Shown piece after piece: positions 57,293-64,000 of a DNA stretch of 64,000 nt. A program made the translations under genes and the position numbers. Numbering within the stretch: the stretch's first letter is position 1; each line of letters begins with the position of its first letter. The notes under the pieces were generated by a model, which had not been told where the DNA came from, did no database searches, and saw only the letters and a program-made list of their open reading frames with translations. Origin of the DNA: Bacteroidota bacterium (GTDB lineage: Bacteria; Bacteroidota; Bacteroidia; JABEUT01); assembly GCA_013285655.1 (NCBI GenBank), contig JABDHI010000003.1:1310-65309 (forward strand), in the 5' to 3' direction.

Positions 57293-58225
57293 ATGAATAA
57301 GAGTATAATACTAGCATTTGTTGTTTGTGTCCATTCTTTTTGTTTTTCGCAAACCACTGGTTCGCATAGGGGCGATTCACTTTATGGAGCAGGAAAGTGG
57401 GCGAAGGCCATAACTGCTTATAAAGCTGATATTAAACAAACAGCCAATCTCGATAAAAGCCCGTTGGTATGGTACAGGTTAGGGTTTGCTTATTATAAAC
57501 TTGGCCAGTACGATAATGCTAACCGCTCCTATATCAAGTCTGATTCACTTATGCCGAGTGCTGCACTAAAACCGGTATTGTATTCTAAAATGGCAAGGTT
57601 ATTTGCTTTAAAGAACAACAGAACCGAAATGATTGTGTATTTGAAAAAGGCTGTAGAATCGGGATATGTGCTGTTTAATGAAATGGATACGCTAAAAGAG
57701 TTCAAATCATTTAAAGCAGATACTGAGTTTAAGCAATTAAGAGAAAAAGCATATGCAGCAGCTTATCCTTGCAGTATAGACCCGAAAGCTCGTCAGTTCG
57801 ATTTTTGGGTAGGTGAGTGGGATGCGTATCAAACCGGAACCAATATGCTTGCAGGGCATAGCGTAATACAAATAGCTTCAGGCGGATGTATGATACTCGA
57901 AAACTGGACCTCGGCGTCACAACCTTATAGCGGCAAAAGCATGAATTTTATTGATAAAGCAAGCGGTAAGTGGGAACAAGTTTGGGTAGGTGCTGAAGGG
58001 GGCGGAGAGCACATTTTTACGAATGGTACCTATCACGACAGCGCTATGCATTTTGATTTTGAAGATTCAGGCAAAAACGGTAGTAAAATAAAAGGGCGTT
58101 TTACATTTTTTAACGAGGGGCCAAACAAGGTTCGCCAACTAAATGAAACATCAGATGATGCCGGTAAAACCTGGACTACTGCTTACGATTTAACCTATAT
58201 CAGAAAAAAGAAAACTGTAAATTAA
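57293..58225 (+). CDS. secreted hypothetical protein with N-terminal TPR-like region
   Basis: Signal peptide. TPR-like segment WYRLGFAYYKLGQYDNANRSY. Confidence 0.4.
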   Translation: MNKSIILAFVVCVHSFCFSQTTGSHRGDSLYGAGKWAKAITAYKADIKQTANLDKSPLVWYRLGFAYYKLGQYDNANRSYIKSDSLMPSAALKPVLYSKMARLFALKNNRTEMIVYLKKAVESGYVLFNEMDTLKEFKSFKADTEFKQLREKAYAAAYPCSIDPKARQFDFWVGEWDAYQTGTNMLAGHSVIQIASGGCMILENWTSASQPYSGKSMNFIDKASGKWEQVWVGAEGGGEHIFTNGTYHDSAMHFDFEDSGKNGSKIKGRFTFFNEGPNKVRQLNETSDDAGKTWTTAYDLTYIRKKKTVN

Positions 58226-58331
58226 TTCAACTTATAGTTTACCTTCTTATATGCCTGTTTTTTGAAGAGTTATTGTTCCGTTAATATGCTATTGATTTCG
58301 TATATTTAAATTGGAATTTTAACGAAGCAAA

Positions 58332-58742
58332 ATGAATACAGTAACAATTAATAAGGATATTACCGTGTTTTGTGTGAAAGCTAAGTCTTTCCCTGCTGGT
58401 ATACAAGAAGCACACAATACACTTCGAAGCTTAATTCCGTTTGACCCTGCCAGGAAATTCTACGGCATTTCGGCACCTGATAAGTCTGGCGCTATTATTT
58501 ATAGAGCAGCTGCTGAAGAGCTAAAGGAAGGGGAATTGGCTAAACACAAATTGGAGGCCTTTACAATAAAACGAGGTGTTTATATATATAGTGATGTTAA
58601 AGAGTATAAACGAAATGCAATGTTAATCACTAACGCTTTCAAGGAGCTATTATCAAATCCTAAGATTGATACAGATGGATATTGCCTTGAGTGCTATATT
58701 AATGATACAGATTGCCGGTGTATGGTAAAAATAAATGTATAA
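58332..58742 (+). CDS. GyrI-like small-molecule-binding domain protein
   Basis: 136 aa. By-eye resemblance to the AraC effector-binding / GyrI-like fold. Confidence 0.4.
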   Translation: MNTVTINKDITVFCVKAKSFPAGIQEAHNTLRSLIPFDPARKFYGISAPDKSGAIIYRAAAEELKEGELAKHKLEAFTIKRGVYIYSDVKEYKRNAMLITNAFKELLSNPKIDTDGYCLECYINDTDCRCMVKINV

Positions 58743-58769
58743 CTAACCGGCTTAATTAAGTATAGAATT

Positions 58770-61700
58770 CTAATTCAACTTATAGCTCAAATTATCCATA
58801 GTATCCAAGTCGCGGATAAGTTCGTTGCTCAAATTAAGCTTTACCTTTTTAGATATCATTTCAACACTCATGTTTTCGTCAGAATCTATGAGTGTTATTT
58901 TTAAGTTACAATTGCCGGGGTAGGTATTGGTAACCGTATAAATACTTTTAACCATATCCTCCGATACATTATTCAATGGTATTTTAAGTGTAAGTGATTT
59001 AGCCATTTTATCACGTACTTCAGTCAATAACATAATCTGGGTTGTCTTTATTTCTGTTTGCTCCGGGTTCTTGTAGTTAGGCATGGTTTTAGCCTTTATA
59101 TATAGGAAAGTACCGGGAACAAAGAAATGTCTCCACTTTAAATAATCGTCTTTAAACAATCGCAATTGTATGCTTCCTGTAAAGTCTTCAATAGTTAAAA
59201 GACCCCATAAGTTGCCGTTTTGGGCAGTGCGGTTTTCGGCGCCAATTACTAAGCCGGCAAAGGTAAATTCCTTGCCTTTAGTATCTGGCAGGCCTTCCAG
59301 TTGTTCTATCTTATATGTACAGAAGTTATTCAGGTCAAATTTAAAATCATCGAGTGGGTGGCCTGAAATATAAAAACCTGCTACGTCTTTTTCTTTATTG
59401 ATAAGCTCGATGCGGCTCCATGGCGGGCATAGCGGTGCTTTAGGTTTCGGTATTGAATCGTTGGTCATTTCACCAAACAATGAATTGGTGTTCGCACCCG
59501 AAGCTCCCTGGTAACCGTTACCATACTTTATCAATGTTTCAAGGAAAGTCTCTTTGTTGTTTTCCGATGCAAAATATTGTGCACGTGTGTATCCAAATGC
59601 ATCGAACGCACCAGCCATAATAAGGCTTTCAAATGTCTTTTTATTGGCCGAGCGCAAGTTGATGCGGCTCATTATATCATATATATCTGTAAAATGGCCA
59701 TTCTTTTCCCGCTCTTCAACAATACTACCTACGGCAGCTTCACCAACGCCTTTCACCGCTCCTAAACCAAAGCTTACTTCACCCTTATCGGTAACTGCAA
59801 AGCTGTGTTCGCTCTTATTAATATCGGGCCCAAGTACGGTTAAGCCCATTTTCTTACACTCATCAATAAAAAAGGTAAGCTTGTCAATTTCACCCATTGA
59901 GTTGGTAAGTACCGATGCCATAAACTCTGCTGTGAAATTGGCCTTGAGGTACGCGGTTTGGTATGCAAGTACTGAATATGCAGCAGCGTGCGCACGGTTA
60001 AATCCGTACCCGCCAAACTTGGCCATCTTATCGAACAGCTCGGTTGCAGTTTCTTGCGGAACACCTTTCTTTACTGCGCCTTCTACAAATACAGATTTCT
60101 GCTTATCCAGCAAAACCATATCTTTTTTACCCATTGCTTTGCGCAATACGTCGGCCTGACCCTTGGTAAAGTCAGCCATCACCTGCGATATTAACATCAC
60201 CTGTTCCTGGTAAACTATAACACCAAAGGTTGGTTTAAGTATGGTTTCAGCAAGCGGATGGTAGTAGTTCGGTTTTTCTTTTCCGTTCTTACGTGCAATA
60301 TACGCCGGTATATCATCCATTGGCCCCGGACGGTACAAGGCGTTCATTGCAATAAGGTCTTCAATATTTGTAGGTTTTAACTCCTTCATATATTGTTGCA
60401 TTCCCTGCGACTCAAACTGGAATATGCCGACCATTTCACCACGCTGGAACATTTCGTAGGTCTTTTTATCATCCAGCGGAATGTTGTCAATATCTATATC
60501 AATGCCTTTGCTCTTTTTAATAAGGGCAATAGCATCTTTCATAATGGTTAGTGTCTTCAGGCCTAAAAAGTCCATCTTCAACATACCAACCGATTCTACA
60601 TACTTGCCCTCATATTGGGTAACAAGCAGATCAGAATCCTTTGATTTGAAAACCGGCAGGTAATTGATCAGGTCGTCAGGTGCAATAATAACACCCGCAG
60701 CATGTATACCCGTTTGGCGGGCCGTACCATCCAATATCATTGCCAGGTTCAGGGTCTTCGATAAAGGATTGTTCAGGTCTTTCTTTATCTCCGATAATTC
60801 CTTTACCTGGCCAATAGCATCTTCTAATGTATCAGCGCCAAAAGGAACAAGCTTGGTTAAGCGTATAGCATCAGCAAGCGGAACTTTTAATGTACGTGCC
60901 ACATCTTTAATAGCCGATTTGGCAGCCATGGTGCCGATGGTTACAATTTGCCCTACACGTTCTTTTCCGTATTTTTCAATAACATATTTAATAACCTTAT
61001 CTCGGCCCTTATCATCAAAGTCAATGTCTATATCGGGCATTGATATACGCTCCGGGTTTAAGAAGCGCTCAAAGAGTAGGTTATAGCCTATAGGGTCGAT
61101 ATTAGTAATACCAGTGCAATATGCAATAATAGAACTGGCTGCCGAGCCCCGGCCCGGACCAACCCATACGCCGAGCCTTTTTGCTGCTGCAATAAAATCC
61201 TGCACAATAAGGAAGTAACCTGCAAAGCCCATCTTTTTAATTACCCCTAACTCAAATTCAATACGTGTGCGGACCTCGTCGTTTATCTCTTTGTAAAGCC
61301 GTTGTGCACCTGTATATGTTAAGTGGCTTAAGTATGCATCAGCATCGGTAAAGCCTTCAGGTAGCTTGTATATAGGTAATAATACGTCGCGTTTTAATTT
61401 AATGGGCTCAATCTTCGATACTATTTCTCCCGTATTATCAAGCGCTTCAGGCATGTCGGCAAATATCTTGCTCATCTCATCCTGGGTCTTCAAAAAGAAC
61501 TGATCGTTATCAAAACGCATACGGCGCGGGTCATCAAAGTCCTTGCCGGTTTGTATGCACAATAAAATATCCTGTGCTTCAGCATCGGCCACATCTACAT
61601 AATGCACATCGTTAGTGGCTATAATTTTAACGTTGTACTTTTTGCTCCACTTAACTAATATTTCGTTGCAAATGTTTTGTTCGTTAATGCCGTGCCTTTG

Positions 61701-62228
61701 TAATTCTATATAATAGTCCTCGCCAAAAATATCGAGATATTCTTTAAACACCTTTTCAGCTTCGGCCTCACCTTTGCTCATAATGGTGCGGCTTATTTCA
61801 CTGGCCAGGCACGATGTGGTTGCTATTAAGCCTTCTTTGTATTGCTTAAGTAGTTCCTTATCAATACGTGGTTTGTAATAGTAGCCTTCAATAAAACCTA
61901 ATGAACATAACCTTGATAGATTTTTATAACCTATCGGGTTCTTGGCAAGAAGTAACTGATGGTAGTAATTCTTTTCATCATCGCTATCGCTTTTTGCCTT
62001 GTCGAAGCGGCTACGCGGCGCCATATAAAACTCACAACCAACTATGGGTATAATGCCCATTTTATCGGCCTCAGCCACAAATTCGGGTACGCCGAGCATA
62101 TTACCGTGATCTGTAATAGCGACAGATTTCATGCCGTTTTCCTTCACCTTTTTCATAAGGCCCGAAACCTGTGAAGCGCCGTCTAACAGCGAGTATTTAG
62201 TATGTACGTGTAAGTGCGAAAATTCCAT
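58770..62228 (-). CDS. dnaE: DNA polymerase III alpha subunit
   Basis: N-terminal PHP domain FSHLHVHTKYSLLDGAS...AITDHGNM. Length 1152 aa. Confidence 0.95.
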   Translation of the reverse strand: MEFSHLHVHTKYSLLDGASQVSGLMKKVKENGMKSVAITDHGNMLGVPEFVAEADKMGIIPIVGCEFYMAPRSRFDKAKSDSDDEKNYYHQLLLAKNPIGYKNLSRLCSLGFIEGYYYKPRIDKELLKQYKEGLIATTSCLASEISRTIMSKGEAEAEKVFKEYLDIFGEDYYIELQRHGINEQNICNEILVKWSKKYNVKIIATNDVHYVDVADAEAQDILLCIQTGKDFDDPRRMRFDNDQFFLKTQDEMSKIFADMPEALDNTGEIVSKIEPIKLKRDVLLPIYKLPEGFTDADAYLSHLTYTGAQRLYKEINDEVRTRIEFELGVIKKMGFAGYFLIVQDFIAAAKRLGVWVGPGRGSAASSIIAYCTGITNIDPIGYNLLFERFLNPERISMPDIDIDFDDKGRDKVIKYVIEKYGKERVGQIVTIGTMAAKSAIKDVARTLKVPLADAIRLTKLVPFGADTLEDAIGQVKELSEIKKDLNNPLSKTLNLAMILDGTARQTGIHAAGVIIAPDDLINYLPVFKSKDSDLLVTQYEGKYVESVGMLKMDFLGLKTLTIMKDAIALIKKSKGIDIDIDNIPLDDKKTYEMFQRGEMVGIFQFESQGMQQYMKELKPTNIEDLIAMNALYRPGPMDDIPAYIARKNGKEKPNYYHPLAETILKPTFGVIVYQEQVMLISQVMADFTKGQADVLRKAMGKKDMVLLDKQKSVFVEGAVKKGVPQETATELFDKMAKFGGYGFNRAHAAAYSVLAYQTAYLKANFTAEFMASVLTNSMGEIDKLTFFIDECKKMGLTVLGPDINKSEHSFAVTDKGEVSFGLGAVKGVGEAAVGSIVEEREKNGHFTDIYDIMSRINLRSANKKTFESLIMAGAFDAFGYTRAQYFASENNKETFLETLIKYGNGYQGASGANTNSLFGEMTNDSIPKPKAPLCPPWSRIELINKEKDVAGFYISGHPLDDFKFDLNNFCTYKIEQLEGLPDTKGKEFTFAGLVIGAENRTAQNGNLWGLLTIEDFTGSIQLRLFKDDYLKWRHFFVPGTFLYIKAKTMPNYKNPEQTEIKTTQIMLLTEVRDKMAKSLTLKIPLNNVSEDMVKSIYTVTNTYPGNCNLKITLIDSDENMSVEMISKKVKLNLSNELIRDLDTMDNLSYKLN

Positions 62229-62550
62229 AAATAATGTCTTTCCTGTAGCTTTTCTCCTCTAAAAATTCAAAAGGAATGCGAAGTTATACCAATAGAATTA
62301 TTTTAAGAAGATGTGCGAGAAGAAATTATGAAGTGATATTAACAATGCTTTGTTTACAGGGCTTGAGGGTGTATGTGGGCGTAAGCAACTGCTTGCCAGT
62401 CGGTTTGTGTTTGTTGATTATTGCTGACAAGATTTTTCTTGGTATTAAAGAGGATAAGATTAATTTTGGGGAGAATTATTGCGGGGGAGGAAATGCTCTT
62501 GAAAAGGACTGATTAGCCCTTGACTACAATTAATTAAAAAATACTAATAC

Positions 62551-64000
62551 ATGAAGAAAATTACACTTGTTGCATCATTATTTGTTTTAGCCTTTTCATT
62601 AACCAAGGCACAGTCTGTTACAACATTAGCGGGCTCAACTACTCCAGGCTCGGCAAACGGAACAGGAGCTGCTGCTGGTTTTTGGCTGCCGACCGGGGTG
62701 GCAACTGACGGTACTAATTTATATGTGGCGGATGCTTCTAATAACCTAATACGCCAAATTAATATTAGCACTGGTGCAGTTACCACACTTGCAGGTTCCG
62801 GATCACCTGGTAATACCGATGGAACAGCTATAGGCGCGAGTTTTAATGCTCCATATGGTATCGTGTATGATGCAGCTACATCTGCTCTGTATGTTGCCGA
62901 CTATAATAATAATGAAATACGTAAGGTTGGTTTACCCGGAGGTACAGTAAATACAATTGCGGGTAATGGTACTGCAGGTTTTTCTGACGGGCCATCTACT
63001 AATGCAACATTCCATAACCCAAATGCTATTGCTACAGATGGAGCAGGTAACCTATATGTAACAGACGCAGGTAACAACGAAATACGTGAGCTTGTTATTT
63101 CTACTGGTGCAGTCACTACGGTTGCGGGTTCTCCTACTGCCGGCTCTACCGATGGAACAGGCGCTGCTGCGCAATTTTTAACCCCATCTGGTATTGCTTA
63201 TGCCGGGGGGTACCTATATGTAGCCGATGCTGGTAATAATGAAATACGCCAGGTTACACCATCAACAGGTAATACAGTTACCGTTTATGGGTCTACTACA
63301 CCGGGTTCGAATAATGGTAATGGTACCGGCGCAAGTTTTAATCAACCATATGGAATAGCATTTGATGGAAGCAGTAATTTGTATGTGAGTGATATGGGTA
63401 ATAATTCCATACGCAGAATATATCTTGGAACCTCAGCGGTTTCTACTTATGCTGGTTTTAGTGGTTCAGGAGCAACGAACGGCACAACGCTTACGGCGCA
63501 GTTTGGTTCTCCGCATGGCCTGGTTGTAGACGCTACAGGTGATGTTTATATAGCAGATGCAAGCAATAACGAGATTCGTGAAATAGGTGTTTGCTCTACC
63601 GCAATGACGGTTAGCCTTACTGGCAGAACTACTATGTGCTATGGTATTGGCGATACGCTGGTTGGTGTAGAAACAGGTGGAACGGTTGGTCCGTATTCAT
63701 TTTATTGGAATGGTGCAGTTGCTACAGATTCACTTTTTATAATTCCACTTAATAATACTATGTACAACCTTACCGTTGTAGATGGAATAGGTTGCCACTC
63801 AGATACCGCGAATACCTATGTTATAGTTGATAATCCGGGTTCTATCGTTCTAACTAATTTTGGGTCTAATCCTATTTGCCCGGGAACTACTGATATGTTG
63901 TTTGCAACATCAACAGGTAACGGAGGCGGTTCTTATACATGGACTCCATCAGTTGGGTCTGTAGGCTCCCCATATGCGGGTAATGCTACCCCAAGTGTAA
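62551..64000 (+). CDS. secreted NHL-repeat protein followed by SprB/Ig-like repeats. 3'-partial; it runs off the window.
   Basis: Signal peptide MKKITLVASLFVLAFSLTKAQ. There are at least 7 NHL-type repeats (G.A.F..P.GIA.D..GNLYVAD.GNN.IR.I). From about 63600 SprB-like cysteine-framed repeats begin. The frame is open to the window edge. It is not in the ORF track because no stop codon is reached. Confidence 0.7.
   Translation, partial: MKKITLVASLFVLAFSLTKAQSVTTLAGSTTPGSANGTGAAAGFWLPTGVATDGTNLYVADASNNLIRQINISTGAVTTLAGSGSPGNTDGTAIGASFNAPYGIVYDAATSALYVADYNNNEIRKVGLPGGTVNTIAGNGTAGFSDGPSTNATFHNPNAIATDGAGNLYVTDAGNNEIRELVISTGAVTTVAGSPTAGSTDGTGAAAQFLTPSGIAYAGGYLYVADAGNNEIRQVTPSTGNTVTVYGSTTPGSNNGNGTGASFNQPYGIAFDGSSNLYVSDMGNNSIRRIYLGTSAVSTYAGFSGSGATNGTTLTAQFGSPHGLVVDATGDVYIADASNNEIREIGVCSTAMTVSLTGRTTMCYGIGDTLVGVETGGTVGPYSFYWNGAVATDSLFIIPLNNTMYNLTVVDGIGCHSDTANTYVIVDNPGSIVLTNFGSNPICPGTTDMLFATSTGNGGGSYTWTPSVGSVGSPYAGNATPSV

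Noticed and set aside
62276-63116. Small ORFs at 62276..62512 (+), 62544..62786 (-) and 62901..63116 (-)
   Set aside because: The first lies in the dnaE upstream region without signals. The other two are antisense to the strongly supported NHL-repeat CDS.

Overview
The window reads as a Bacteroidota chromosome segment, probably Sphingobacteriaceae-like. The evidence is type IX secretion (T9SS) C-terminal sorting domains, a PorP/SprF gene, SprB repeats, TAnnTTTG -7 promoter boxes and low GC. The layout is as follows.

- **1-11.4 kb:** an LPS/O-antigen-type polysaccharide locus. It holds a frameshifted PMT_2/ArnT-like GT-C membrane transferase, a KdsC-family phosphatase, the WbuX/HisH-like/HisF-like acetamidino trio, a GT4, a FemAB-like protein, a deacetylase-like protein, a DegT-like aminotransferase and a WecB-type UDP-GlcNAc 2-epimerase.
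- **12.9-32.3 kb:** a cell-surface island. Two giant adhesins with T9SS type-B sorting domains sit convergently around a single porP/sprF gene. One adhesin carries perfect 228-bp tandem repeats. Next come a phage-tail-fibre-like protein with a peptidase-S74 chaperone domain, and a 2012-aa beta-helix adhesin with about 14 tandem 49-aa two-cysteine repeats and a T9SS type-A sorting domain.
- **32.5-35.2 kb:** an initiator-like tRNA-Met, then era and der.
- **35.2-45.5 kb:** mixed housekeeping and accessory genes: a DUF255 thioredoxin-domain protein, a YD-repeat protein, and a secreted protein sharing a motif with the DUF2723 protein. An ECF sigma / anti-sigma pair, a fatty-acid desaturase, a DUF58 protein and trxA follow. 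A tRNA-Asp is followed by a GIY-YIG gene and a chimeric duplicate of the tRNA 3' half.
- **45.7-53.3 kb:** a putative polyprenyl-phosphate-sugar glycosylation module (see below).
- **53.5-64.0 kb:** secreted repeat proteins, an AraC regulator, a GyrI-like protein, dnaE, and the start of an NHL-repeat/SprB-like surface protein that runs off the window.

The best candidate for an undescribed system is the 45.7-53.3 kb module. A soluble Dpm1-like GT2 sits next to two giant GT-C-fold membrane proteins. One is a DUF2723/TMEM260-like protein with a TPR tail; its periplasmic-domain paralogue lies upstream next to the ECF sigma pair. Other notable items are two copies of an ~80-bp hairpin element with inverted termini and a recurring cccgagtaYTcggg hairpin motif. 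No CRISPR array, rRNA or classical transposase was seen.
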